Numbered from the stretch's first letter, positions 1 through 14,028 are shown. The stretch: 64,000 nucleotides of DNA from Octopus bimaculoides (GCF_001194135.2 NC_068983.1:84660338-84724337), one strand, 5' to 3'. The notes: a model not told the origin generated them from the sequence alone. Program-made: numbers and translations.

Positions 1-326
1 CATATATATAAACAAATACTCATACATAAAGACAGAAGCTGAATTTACTCTTTAAAGTAAAGTCGTCATCCTTGTACAATTACTGGATTATATGCAAATC
101 ACAGTTCTATCCTCTTCCAGCAGTTCTACTCTCATATCTGGGACACTACTTCCAATACTGATAATTAAGTTCTGGACTCCGTCTTCACCTTATTAAAAGT
201 TTCATCCGTCTGATAGTTAAGTGTTCACTGGCAATAGTATATAGGCATTGAAACATCGGTGTGCTGTTCATTTCACTCTGTCTCATGTGCTTAAGATACT
301 ATGTTTTCTGAACATTCTGATTATAT

Positions 327-404
<78 letters not shown>

Positions 405-1303
405 CATGTATATATATATANNNNNNNNNNNNNNNNNNNNNNNNNNNNNNNNNNNNNNNNNNNNNNNNNNNNNNNNNNNNNNNNNNNNNNNNNNNNNNNN
501 NNNNNNNNNNNNNNNNNNNNNNNNNNNNNNNNNNNNNNNNNNNNNNNNNNNNNNNNNNNNNNNNNNNNNNNNNNNNNNNNNNNNNNNNNNNNNNNNNNNN
601 NNNNNNNNNNNNNNNNNNNNNNNNNNNNNNNNNNNNNNNNNNNNNNNNNNNNNNNNNNNNNNNNNNNNNNNNNNNNNNNNNNNNNNNNNNNNNNNNNNNN
701 NNNNNNNNNNNNNNNNNNNNNNNNNNNNNNNNNNNNNNNNNNNNNNNNNNNNNNNNNNNNNNNNNNNNNNNNNNNNNNNNNNNNNNNNNNNNNNNNNNNN
801 NNNNNNNNNNNNNNNNNNNNNNNNNNNNNNNNNNNNNNNNNNNNNNNNNNNNNNNNNNNNNNNNNNNNNNNNNNNNNNNNNNNNNNNNNNNNNNNNNNNN
901 NNNNNNNNNNNNNNNNNNNNNNNNNNNNNNNNNNNNNNNNNNNNNNNNNNNNNNNNNNNNNNNNNNNNNNNNNNNNNNNNNNNNNNNNNNNNNNNNNNNN
1001 NNNNNNNNNNNNNNNNNNNNNNNNNNNNNNNNNNNNNNNNNNNNNNNNNNNNNNNNNNNNNNNNNNNNNNNNNNNNNNNNNNNNNNNNNNNNNNNNNNNN
1101 NNNNNNNNNNNNNNNNNNNNNNNNNNNNNNNNNNNNNNNNNNNNNNNNNNNNNNNNNNNNNNNNNNNNNNNNNNNNNNNNNNNNNNNNNNNNNNNNNNNN
1201 NNNNNNNNNNNNNNNNNNNNNNNNNNNNNNNNNNNNNNNNNNNNNNNNNNNNNNNNNNNNNNNNNNNNNNNNNNNNNNNNNNNNNNNNNNNNNNNNNNNN
1301 NNN

Positions 1304-1353
<50 letters not shown>

Positions 1354-3879
1354 GAAATAACACCTTTTTTCCCCCCTTTAACTCTCTTCTGTTACTTTTT
1401 CTACATCAAACAGTTCACATTTATTTTCTTTCTCTTCTCTTTATTCACTACAGACATTCCTACGTTCACAGATGCTTCTTAAAATTAAGAAAGTAAAAAA
1501 CAAAAAACAAAACAAAAGCAAAACGCAAATAAACGAAAAACATACGAAAACAAGCAAAGAACTCTTTTAGTCTATGTAATTATATTAAAAAAAATCTAAC
1601 GAATTAATTTATGCAGCCAAGTGATAAACCTCGCCCAAATTCTTTGACTATTCTATTTTCAATCATTTACCTTCTGAACAATTACTTTGTAAAGCAATAT
1701 AAGAAATAATTTCACAATATTTGATATCACTAACATTGAGAATGTAGCCTCAAGATATTATTTCAAAATGGTTTGAACCAATCCCATTTATTGTACATGT
1801 CTATATACATACACTCGCATACACATGCATACACACTCGCACACATGCATTTATAATCTCTAGAACACACACGCATGCTTCAACAGAACAAACTATTTAA
1901 AATTTATTTCAATATTTGATACTATCAATTAATTTTTTTCTTTTGCAATTCGTTTAACCTTCCCACTGTGAGATCTGTGATCTCATGGTAAGACAAGTCA
2001 ACGAAGTTAATTTAATGATTGTATTAAGCTCTAAGCTTTCAAACACAGGCAATATGTAATTCCTTTCTAAGTAATTAACTGCTGATAAGAGATCTGTTAT
2101 ATTTGTTGTACCATTATTTTTCTCAGTCGACATTTGTTTTCACAAATATTTTTCAACGTGTAATGATTTCTTACATTACATTAAACATATAATAAATACG
2201 AATAACACAAATGAAAATAATGTCCAAAGGTCTCTTTTGAAACAGAGAAAATTAAAAGAAAGTTTAAAACGTAAAGGAAAAAAAAAAGGCATGGATACTT
2301 TGAAAAAGTAATTAACTACATTCTTTTATTAATGTTAGGAAACTTTCTAATCTTGTTACTAAAATCACATCTCATCTGAAAAAGTTGTTTATCGAAGACA
2401 ACTGTGGTCTTGAAGATAACTATGGTCGGGTTCACTATGGTCATGAGAAAGTGAGAGAAAAATATGTGTTATAGTACAAAATTTGTTCAATGACAAATTA
2501 AATTTTGGCCGACTCTTGCTAAAGACAACTTCAAATTGCAGAAAATGAGGCCATTCCTTATAAATAAACATTTTTCACCGAAAATACTTTTAATTCTTAT
2601 GAAGGGTGTAAAAACAGCCACATATTTGATTGCTTAGTAATGTTCTTATTTCTGAAAATATTTTTCGAAGAGTAAAAAACAAAAAAAAAAAAACAATTGA
2701 ATTTTGGACGGTTTTAACCTATATCATATTTTTTGCTTTATCAGATAAACACATGAATATATCGTTGATAGACTGGGGAAACCAAATTTTGCAATTGATG
2801 CTTTCAAGCTTTAAGTAGATGTAAAAAAAATAAATCAGTTATCAACTATCGATTCTACGTGTATTATCTTTCATCGATTGATCATCGTGTTTTATCTGAA
2901 AATATTACACTATAAATAATATTATAATTCTATAATGGGTGCAAGTCCGACTTGCCTGCTCGAAGCAATTCTGTCACAAAACAGTGTATCAAGCTGCATA
3001 TATTGCACTATCACTATAAAAGATGTATACAACGAAGCCAAAATATCCAAAGATCACCTAGGGGCAGAATTTTACAGCCATAGTCTGGCCTAATAAGAAC
3101 ATATCTTACAATTACATATCTATCAACAGTATAACCATAATACCAAGTCATTGTTTAACTTATCTCGATGTGCTAAGATGTAAGTACTAAATTCCGAGAA
3201 ATGTCACTACTCACTTTGCCTCCAGTTTCAAAAATACCCATTGACACAAGACAAGCTTAGGAGGTAAAATAACCTGATTGTCATACTATCGCACAAAATA
3301 AAACTTAGTAGACACATTAAGTGACATATTCCTAAACTGAAACATGCTATAAAATACTGAATCTATGGGCTATAGCAAATCATTCCATCATTTAATTCCT
3401 TGCAATGAATCTACTGACTCAAAACTTCGGAAGATAATTTAATGATATATTTACTGCTAGCGCATCTCTATGACTTCGTTGTTATCTAATTGGCAGATTC
3501 GTTTATTCATTTTAGAATCCATTTTGGAGCAAAAAATATATCAGTCAGGCGCTCCCAGTTGCTTTAAATCCACTCGATTCATTTGATTCTTTCCCTTTCG
3601 TTACATTTATTCTTTTTCATCTGCTATATCTCGTACTTCATCTCCAGAAAGCAACTCAAAAGATCCTTTTCTTTGTGTTTCGGGTACAAAAATTTAAGGA
3701 GCACCTAAGATTAATGCGGTTTATTTGAAGTTCGAAAAGGTGTTTCTTCTTCGAGACCGTCCGTAAAAGCTTTGCTAGCTTCTTCAGTAACAGCAGATAC
3801 TTTTTATAGATTTTACATGTGGTGCAAGATGGGCCTAGAGCAAATTCCACTTGATCTTTTGTCAATATAATGACACAGG

Positions 3880-4370
3880 AAATGTGTCAAGGCCGACAGG
3901 AAGCGGTCCAGCTTCCTAGGGATAAATATGTATGATATATGTATGGAAGATACTAGAGGGGCTGACACCAAACTTTGGAATTGAGAGTTATATAAGACTT
4001 CGAAATGGACGTCACTGCACTGTTCCAAAAGTCCCAGCTGTCTTATCTAGGGCGAGGACAATGTACTGCAATAACTTGGGATTCAAGTGCCCACAGCTAT
4101 TTAACTCCTTGCTAAACCATCTGAGGGACCTCCATGGAGTAGGAGTAGATGTTTTCAAGAAACAACTTGACCTCTTACTATCCAAGATTCCAGGTGAACC
4201 AATATCAAGGCAGGAAACCCAAAAGGGGGCAGCGATATCGAACTCCCTCCTTCACTAGAAGCCAAACCCATAGAATTGGCCAATTAACAGGTGATTACAA
4301 TGGCGGTGCCCTAGCATGACTGCAGCCTCAAGGCTGAAATATAAAAAAGAATAAAAGAAATAAAAGAATA
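3880..4370 (+). mobile_element. 3' end of a CR1/L2-group LINE (ORF2 C-terminus, 3' UTR, tail)
   Basis: MIYVWKILEGLTPN...GFKCPQLFNSL...FKKQLDLLLSKIPGEP is a typical CR1-group C-terminus; ends in aaaagaat-type repeats. Confidence 0.8.
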
Positions 4371-4384
4371 TATATATATATATC

Positions 4385-4536
4385 AGCTTTCACCGTATAT
4401 TGACTAATATTAGGGTATATAACCCCGCACCATAACGGAAAACAATCGGTATTAGTACGCTGCCCATTTTTCCGTTATGGGGGTAGATATGCCCTAATAT
4501 TAGACTATTTTATATCGTCAGTATACAGTGAAAGCT
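4385..4536. mobile_element. Fold-back MITE-like element
   Basis: Left arm agctttcaccgtatattgac..taatattagggtatat..ccataacggaaaa mirrors right arm ttttccgttatgg..atatgccctaatatta..gtcagtatacagtgaaagct. Confidence 0.7.
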
Positions 4537-5004
4537 TATGCTAATCCTCTCCCCCCAACAATTGGCGGTCTTATGCACAGGCTAGAAACATTATTAGTTA
4601 CATATTATTTATTTAGGAGGCAAAATGAGTTCTATACATACAGCAAAATACTTAAATCTAAAAAATAAAACGCACTGTAGAATTACTAGTGTAATAGAAT
4701 GAAAATATTCTCTTCGACGTGATGTAGTAATATAGCTGTTACCATAGAATGAGATGTATTATTGCTGATTACGCAATGCAATCTTCCAGAATTAACAACC
4801 ACCCATTAAACAATTCTTAACCTCAGCATTTTTGCGTCAGACATATCTGAAATATCCATTGACATTGTAGTCAGTTTTATTTTCTCATTCTTGAACAGAA
4901 AGAAAACTATTTACAACGTAATAGGTACACTGCCAAGAGTTCAGCACTGTACTTCGCATAGATAAGGAATTTTACAATTTAGATGTCGTTTAGTTACTCC
5001 GCTT

Positions 5005-5130
5005 CACGTATGAGTTCAAATCTTGCTAACGAGTAGATGTTTGCTTTCCGTCTTTCTTGAGTAGAATACGTAAATAAGAGTCAAGTATTCGATATAATTG
5101 ATTATATGCTCCACCACCTAATTCTTTACT
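5005..5130 (+). mobile_element. Highly decayed SINE (family A)
   Basis: cgtatgagttcaaatcttgc..tttgctttccgtctttc..taaataagagtcaagtatt..gatataattga resembles the intact copies below. Confidence 0.4.
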
Positions 5131-5792
5131 GTCAAGTTTATAACTCTGCTTCTAGGAATAAACTTGACTGTAGCACGGTTTCAAGTCTTGGATGAAACCG
5201 TAAAGCTCTCGTTACACGTCTACTGGTGTTGATAAGAGCATGAATTTCTCAGTTCTCATTTACTAGGTGTGAAATATCGTTGTTTGTGTTTTAGTCAAAG
5301 AGAAACTTATATTATTTGCTAAAATAGGCTATCAGCAGCGAATTACCTGAAACGAAAGAGCACTATATTATGTATCTTTATATTATGTGCCTTTCATACT
5401 GAACTTTCTGAGTTCAATCCCACCATTGTTAATTGTTTTCCACTCCTATTAAACGGTGGTGAACTGGCAGACACTTTGGAGCAGTGGACAAAATGTCTTG
5501 CAGTAGTTAGTTACGCACAAATTCCACAGAAGTCAACATTTCGGCGTATTTAATTGTCGTTTCTTGTTGAGGTTGTTTTAAAATGTTTTATTCAAGTACT
5601 GGTTCGACTTAATCGTCTTTAACCTTTCCCACCCCAAATTTGTGTCCTACAAATCGAAGAACATAATATTATAGATTTCTAACCTTATGACAGCGTGACA
5701 TATCTTGAGAGAGAGAGAGAGAAAGAGAGAAAGTGAGTGTGTGTGTGAGAGAGAGAGAGAAAGCGAGAGAGAGATAGATAGANNNNNNNNNN

Positions 5793-5846
<54 letters not shown>

Positions 5847-6039
5847 GCAATAAATTAAACAGTGTAATGTACCACCTGATTGCTACTGTTTCTAGTTATC
5901 GAGATTGGAGGAAATGTAAAATCGACTTCAGAACGTAATCTACATTTAATTTTTAATACAGATATAGATATTTGCATTTTGTAATAGACTTTTAATTGAA
6001 GAACCTTGAATATGATATATATATATCTTAGCTCTCCTG

Positions 6040-6290
6040 AAATAAGAATTTCTAACTTCCGGTCAGTCATTGTTATGATCGGCCATTATTATGATTGACC
6101 GTTGACTGAACACTATTCAATTTTTTTTCTTCGTGTTTTTCTCCTTGTCTCCGTATTCTTTCTGTTGAAGAGCGTAGCTCGAAACGTCAAAGACTTTCCG
6201 CATTCCCGAGCGTCATACTAATATATACTTTTGTTATTTACACCACCTGTCCTCGTCTGTTGTTATTATTTGTATATTCTCCCATATATA
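6040..6290 (+). mobile_element. Penelope-type terminal-repeat remnant carrying a minimal hammerhead
   Basis: Contains the hammerhead motif at 6157-6193 in a T-rich repeat ending at a (TA)n/gap; the Penelope assignment is inferred from the ribozyme type. Confidence 0.45.
6157..6193 (+). ncRNA. Minimal type I hammerhead ribozyme motif, one core substitution
   Basis: tcttt-CUGUUGA-a-GAGC gua GCUC-GAAACGUC-aaaga: 5-bp stem I, 4-bp stem II, palindromic ACGU stem III, GUC site; position 6 is U rather than A. Confidence 0.6.
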
Positions 6291-7797
6291 TATATATATA
6301 NNNNNNNNNNNNNNNNNNNNNNNNNNNNNNNNNNNNNNNNNNNNNNNNNNNNNNNNNNNNNNNNNNNNNNNNNNNNNNNNNNNNNNNNNNNNNNNNNNNN
6401 NNNNNNNNNNNNNNNNNNNNNNNNNNNNNNNNNNNNNNNNNNNNNNNNNNNNNNNNNNNNNNNNNNNNNNNNNNNNNNNNNNNNNNNNNNNNNNNNNNNN
6501 NNNNNNNNNNNNNNNNNNNNNNNNNNNNNNNNNATATATATATTACATATGTATATACCACACACACACATAAATAAAACGAGATAAGATAAGAGAAATA
6601 TCTCTGAGTGGTCAGTGGCATGTATTTGAGAAATTAATTTAATAATAATTGAATTGAATTAAATATTAATTTAATTTGATTATTGAATTTAATATTTTAA
6701 TTAAGTTATTAAGTATGTTATTTTAGAATCTGAGCATATTAAATAACTTACAAGACATTTCGCTTTTTTATTGAAATTATCTCCGCTTCCAGAGAGGATA
6801 GGCAAATTGCTTGGTAGCAATTGGCGCCGCCTCTAAATGAAAATGGAAGGTAATCACAAGGATAAAAATTCTCCAAAACAGACATGCCATTAAGGAAAAT
6901 AGTCTAATTGTTGCAAAATGAGAAGATAACTGTGGACGCAGGTTTCTGCATTAATTGGTGTCATCAGTACAGCAATTGTTTTACTTTATGTTCAGCAGAC
7001 GAAACACTTAGGCATACAGAAAAAAGAACACAGTAATGGCATAAGTCACTTGCATGAATTAAACAAAAATGTGCAAAAAATATATAATGCAATGTGGCCA
7101 GTGCATGTATTTGAACATACACACGAACTCACACTCATAGATACAAACATACACACACACATTTATATGATCGAAGGGAGACAATTCTGGTGATTCTAAT
7201 AAGATTGGGGTTATCTCCATTTGCGTGACACGAAATATATAAATATACATAGGTATTTATTAGAAGTTGTGTACATGGTTATGTGTATACCGAATGGCGT
7301 TCCTTTAAATTAAAAGCTGACATCCATTTGATAAATAGATATTGATAAAATAAATATTGTCAAGTTGAAATAAGTCAAGTTGGAACGGGAGCCCTAGCAC
7401 GGCCGCAGTTTTATAATCGAAGCGAGTAAAGCGATGAAATAATAATAAAAAATCTGGCCTTAAAGCATATTGATATCAAATAATGGTCACTAAAACACTA
7501 AGGTCGATGCACCCAACTATATATACTCCCGTAATAATTGGCTTTGTGCCGGTGATAAAGATATCAGTATCACATAGTGATTAATATTGATAGCAATTAT
7601 CTGAAGTATGATATGAATGTTGTCAGATTTCCAATTCTGTAAATAGCACTGACATTTGTATAATAAATAGGAAAAAGAGAGTCGAGATTATCTGGGGTTG
7701 GTAGGATACGTAAAAACAAACTACCGTACGAAAGGGTAGTGTCTCCCATGACCAAGATACTTAACCTTGCTGTTTCAACAGAGCTTTTAAATGAGTA

Positions 7798-7839
<42 letters not shown>

Positions 7840-8399
7840 GGCTAGATAAATATACAGGCGAAAGCGAAACGCACTCTGTACATTTCACAGTGTCTGTATA
7901 CACATTACCTGAGAACGGCAGGGAAGCTATATACTTAGAAAGTGTTGAATATGTTTATGCTGTTGGGTTTAGGTACTCAAAAAAGACTGAGAAATAATAA
8001 AACATTCTCCAAGAAATACCGTATTTAATAGAAGTTTCACGTGAACATTTGTAATTCGGTTCTAAGAGCAATTTGGCCACTCGGTGATGTTTAACATCTT
8101 TTAACGATGTACTCTAAGCCATATTAGTACAACCCACCATCCACACACATACAAGCACACACAAACACTCACATACACACACGCACACGCACACACACAC
8201 ACATAAATACACACTCACACACACACATACACGCACGCACATGTTGGGCTTGTTCGGATGCCTTCTTATAGGAAGCAAGGATCCAAACGATAAGCGTTTT
8301 TCTGTGTTCTGTGTAACTTGAAGTATTGTGAGTCTAAGTCCAATGTTAATACAAAAAGCAAAATATAAATATACTGTGAACTCTTTTCTTTTGTTTGTC

Positions 8400-8404
8400 T
8401 TATC

Positions 8405-8473
<69 letters not shown>

Positions 8474-8714
8474 NNNNNNNNNNNNNNNNNNNNNNNNNNN
8501 NNNNNNNNNNNNNNNNNNNNNNNNNNNNNNNNNNNNNNNNNNNNNNNNNNNNNNNNNNNNNNNNNNNNNNNNNNNNNNNNNNNNNNNNNNNNNNNNNNNN
8601 NNNNNNNNNNNNNNNNNNNNNNNNNNNNNNNNNNNNNNNNNNNNNNNNNNNNNNNNNNNNNNNNNNNNNNNNNNNNNNNNNNNNNNNNNNNNNNNNNNNN
8701 NNNNNNNNNNNNNN

Positions 8715-8805
<91 letters not shown>

Positions 8806-8883
8806 ATGTATGTATGTATGTATGTACGTCTGTCCATCCATCCATCCATCCATCCATCCATCCATCCATCCATCCATCCATCC

Positions 8884-8948
<65 letters not shown>
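8400..8948. repeat. Compound (TATC)/(TGTC)/(TATG)/(CATC) microsatellite around a gap
   Basis: Direct reading. Confidence 0.95.
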
Positions 8949-9162
8949 CACTGGGTTCCCGTGTAGCTTCCGTCTACACACAAGAAGACACTTATTCGAA
9001 ATGCTACACAATGAGATTGAACATGGAACATAAATGCCTCTTGTAAGCCAAATGCAATGCAGAATCATGTTAATTGGCACTGTGTACAAACACATATTTG
9101 GACACAATGTATAAATGCATGCCATTAAATGCATATGTTTATCGTATATATCGCTTATCAAG

Positions 9163-9249
9163 GCTTTCAAGACTGGAAGGAGGAATGGAAGAAGTTTTGC
9201 TCTGAACGGGGACTTGCAACTGAACAGACACTGCTTGAGTCACCCAAAG
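9163..9249 (+). CDS. Weak candidate 87-nt exon (GFQDWKEEWKKFCSERGLATEQTLLESPK)
   Basis: Donor AAG|GTAAGG, open frame, phase 1-1; the acceptor (cttatcaag) is weak. Confidence 0.2.
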
Positions 9250-9800
9250 GTAAGGCTGTGAAACTTAAGTGGGGAACGAATTTCAGTTTACCACTCTCCT
9301 ACAGAAACTGTTCCATCTACGGGCTTCTAGAGGTTTGGTCAACCAAATTTCCCTTACAAAACTTTGGTCATCCAGAGGCTAAGAAAGACGACAGTTCCAC
9401 AACTTGCAACTAATTTGTGAAACGGTCTATTTGTTCCCACAACTATATATGTTTTAATGTATTTATTTTTTGCGTGTATTTGAACTAGTGGCAAGATCAT
9501 CGTAGCATAACTAGAAATCTATCGATTGGAGCCCGCAAAGAAGGCTCAATATATTTTTGTGCAGCTCTTTCGCTTCCATTTATAGGATTCCAAATATCAC
9601 TGAATTTTACAGGGCTCATTATCTTTTTACGTATTCAGATCACGAAAGTTGTAACTGTTGACACAATTTATCACACAACTAGGATTAATAAATTCCTATT
9701 GAACATATAAGGCTGGAAGAATTTGGTTTACAATAGAACTTCTGCCCATCATTTGAATCTAATGGTTGGTGTTTGGCACGCTAAGAATTTTTATGAGTGG

Positions 9801-9887
<87 letters not shown>

Positions 9888-10405
9888 GGTGTGCATGTGT
9901 ATACATATATCTGTAAGGCCAAAGTATTTGAAAGACAAAAAATAACAAAATACCATGTACGTTTCTTTTTGACTGTGAAATACACCTCGAAGAAATAAGA
10001 CTTTTATTAGAAAAGTTAGTGGATATTTTGTATGAGCAAATCGTGATGTTGCCAGATATATATATATATACACACACATACGTACTACATACATGAATAT
10101 GTACGTATGCACATATATATATGTATGTTTGTATGTAGGTGTATGCATACACATACACATATATGCACCACTGCTGCCAAGTAAAATAAAAAGGTATCCG
10201 GTAAAAAAAAAATACAGAGAGCTATCAAGTAGTTCATCACACGTCATACGAGTACAGATATGCAGATTATTGATAAAGAAGGGCGTTTTAAGTTTAGATA
10301 TAATCACCTAAGGTACAGCTAGTATAACCACTACAACCACCATCGTCAACAGCACCACCAATACCATTACTAGCACTAGCACACCACCACCAACAACAAC
10401 AACAC

Positions 10406-10463
<58 letters not shown>
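10406..10463. repeat. (CTA)n microsatellite
   Basis: Direct reading. Confidence 0.95.
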
Positions 10464-11731
10464 ATGAAATGTTGTTAACCACATCTTAATTATTTACTTT
10501 CAACTTATAGCAAACTCTTTCTGTGTGTATTTGTATATCTGTCTCTTTGGATCGATCTAAGGAAAAAAAACAAAAAAAACTTAATGACGTTTACTTTACA
10601 AATCTAACACAAAACTGGAATTTAGAATTCTTTTCAAAACGAATAATAAAAGTTGAATCGGTTATGTATGGAAATAAACGGCTTCGTTCATTTAATTAGA
10701 ATACGGTAGATATTTATTAACAGATGAGACACATCTGACATTCTTTCAATCATATTTGTTAGAGGATTCTAAAGCATAACACAATACAACACAACGCAGG
10801 ATTTTAAATTCTCCTCACAACTACAGATGAGAAAACACAAAGAGGAAAATACAAACAAAAACACTGCAAAACGGTTTATCAAATTCATCCTTGAACTGAT
10901 GAATTAATTTGCAAAGAAACCCCATCGCAGTAACATGGCTGCCACGAGTTAAATAAACACAGCGCAACAATTTTTTCAAAACGTTGCCTAGGGCGTGGGA
11001 ATGAGTTTTAGAGATTAGTTATCAATTATTCAAACGTTACCGATATTGTATGTTAAAAAATTGCCAACATAAACTGTTCGACTTGTTGTGACATCAATCA
11101 ACGACGAAACTAAGTCGTGTGCTGTGCATGCATAATTTACACCTTATGCAAAATATCTGACACACAATATCTTACACAACTTTTGTCTTTAAATTTATGC
11201 CCATCTGCACTTTCGTGCACACAGAACACACAGAAATACACACATGCGCAACACAGTACAAATATATACCCGTATTCTCATTAAAAAAAAAAAGACCCTC
11301 AATCATGCACACACGCATACAGACAGACACGAAGTGATTTGCAATTTACTGGACTGATCATATTACCGTTATATTTGATGTATACATAAACACACATATA
11401 CAGGTTTGTTCCAAAGAGCTTTGCGATCACATTACTGTTTTAAACATGAGCTTTACATAAACAGTCACACACACAAACACACAGCACTGCACAACTGCAT
11501 ATATTTAGACATAGAAACGTCTGCTGCAGTAGAAGAACCATTCATAATGTTACTCGTACACTGATACTAACACAGGCATACATAGAAATGCTCTTTCTTC
11601 CTCGGAGAAATTGTCATGATCGTATTCTTAATGTGTGTGTGTGTGTGTACATATGTGTATGAGTACTCATGTATTCACAAAACACAATGTGTGCGTGTGT
11701 GAGCGCACACACGCACGCACACACACACACA

Positions 11732-11916
11732 CAGAATCGTTAGCACCCAGGGCGAAATGCTTAGCGGTATTTCGTCTGTCGTCACGTTCTAAGTTCAAAT
11801 TCCGCCGAGGTCGACTTTGCTTTTCATTCTTTCGGGGTTGATTAAATAAGTACTAGGGTCGGTGTAATCGACTTGATCTCCTCTCCCAAGTTGCCCTTGT
11901 GGCAAAATTTGAAATC
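11732..11916 (+). mobile_element. tRNA-derived SINE (family A)
   Basis: cagaatcgttagcac..gttctaagttcaaattccgccgaggtcgactttgcttttcattctttcggggttgattaaataagtact; the central block resembles the MetaSINE domain as I recall it. Confidence 0.85.
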
Positions 11917-12841
11917 ATTATTTATTCCGAGGAAGAGAAGTAAATTCCCATGCATGCCTTGATCTAGCTTGCTCCTTACCAAACAACGTGGAAGTCCTTA
12001 TATGAAGGAGGTGGGGTTCGCCCTACTAGAAATAACAACTAAATCCCCCTTCAAAGCACATCTCACCGACTTGAACAGTAAAAATACATTAGATGTCATA
12101 CTCCTAGATACCTATAAAAAGAACACATCGTGATAGTTGGGTTGATTCTGATGACAAATTTGAATAATTAAGGCTAGACCTGGTAGCAATAATCTATTTC
12201 CTACACTTAACTACTTAACTTAACTTTAAAATATTTCACAGTCTGGAAGAATCTACAGAGGCAATAAGTACATCTCCCATCGCACCCAACTAATAAATAA
12301 AATACAAATGGATCGTTGTTGTAGTTTATCATTTCCCTGAGTAAACCTATAATGGAAGCCGTTCCAATTACGACAATACAGTCATTTTTCCATAACTACA
12401 TTATCCAATGTATCTCTTGTTAAGACATTAGGATATGATTTGAAGGACATTTAACTGATATTTCTTACTGATCGGAGTATTACGTGGAGGCTCTCTACAA
12501 GAGAAGTATACTCTAAGATCTTAGAAGCGAAAAAACATTGAAGGAATAGCAAGGAAGAGTTAAAATGAGGATTACAGTTGGAAGACTGGCAGTGCTAATG
12601 TTACTATTGTAGTTAAGCTCCAGGTCAAGGAAACTAATTATGAAAGGTATTCCAGTCGTGACCAACCAGTTTTTTTGAAAGAGACTTTTATAATAGATTG
12701 TGATCCGAGGAAGATTTCAGGGCTAATTTTAGTAGGTGGCGCAACCATTCACAAGCACAGTATTTATAAATGCTGCAATAAAGATGCTTCTAAAACAACG
12801 ACCAGCTAGCGATCAATGTTTTCTCGATATTAACAGAGGGG

Positions 12842-13042
12842 AAGGCGGCGAGCTAGCAGAATCGTTAGCATGTCGGGCCAATGCTTAGCGGCATTTCGTC
12901 CGTCTCCACGTTCTGAGTTCAAATTCCACCGATTTCGACTTTGTTTTTCATTCTTTCGGGATCCTTAAAATAAGTACTGGGATCAATTCAAACGATTTGC
13001 CCGCATACATAAAGATGCTGGTCTTGTGTTAAAATTTGAAAC
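12842..13042 (+). mobile_element. Full-length SINE (family A) with 17-bp target-site duplication
   Basis: cgatattaacagagggg at 12825-12841 and 13043-13059. Confidence 0.92.
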
Positions 13043-13094
13043 CGATATTAACAGAGGGGTGCAACAGATCTCTTGTACGAGCAGTTCTCTAGAG

Positions 13095-13388
13095 AAGGGC
13101 CCCCAACTAACGGGGTTATAGACCAGTATGGGCCGCACAAAAAGTATAAGTTGTAAAATTTTATTTTTATTTTATCATTTCTATTTTATCGTACTTAACA
13201 ATGTAATAATAGTAGAAATAAAGTGCGTAATATGCAATGTGATAATTACATTTGCATTATATATGTAATAATTAAATTATATATTATGTACTTAATTGTA
13301 TTTTATTATGTTTATGATCCTCTGGTCCATGAAAAAATTGTCTTGCATGAAACTGGTCCTTGGTGCAAAAAAGGTTGAGAACCGACTG
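13095..13388 (+). mobile_element. hAT-Charlie-type MITE
   Basis: 8-bp TSD ctctagag (13087-13094 and 13389-13396), matching the NTCTAGAN preference of Charlie elements; ends aagggcccccaac...ggttgagaaccgactg. Confidence 0.88.
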
Positions 13389-13847
13389 CTCTAGAGTATG
13401 GCACATTTCTCGTCCAGAATAGTTTAAGCATCTCTTCATGGCTAAAGTTTTGTCTGGTATCTGTTAACGTTTACAAAGTAATCTTGGCTAAGTGATATAA
13501 GAGTGTTAGCCATCATGATAGGTTATTTTATCTAGCTTTTGATCATAATATCTAGCATTTGCTGTGATGGATTTAGCTTGCAACTATTTCCTTTAAACTT
13601 TAGAGAAGGGCTGCTTCTATATATTGTCCAATAGTCTTTACAACCTAGTAAAACATTTAAGTTGTCCTACAGAAATACTTTGAAATGTTATGCTGGAGTG
13701 AAATGGCTAAAATTGCGAGAATGGAAGTAACGAGACAATATATGTTAGATGTCACGGAAAATGGCAGACATCTGCATGCACGTACAACCACTCCATCCCA
13801 AACAAAATGGCACACAACGTACGACTATACTCAGAAACCCCAACCAT

Positions 13848-14028
13848 GTGTATGCATGTATGTATGTATGTATGTATGTATGTATGTATGTATGTATGTA
13901 TGTATGTCCATCTGTGTGTGTGTGTGTGTGCGCGCGCGCATGCGTGTATTTATGTATAAATGTATGTACGTAAGTACCTATTTTATGTATATACGTATCT
14001 CATTCTCTCGCTTTATATATGTATATAT

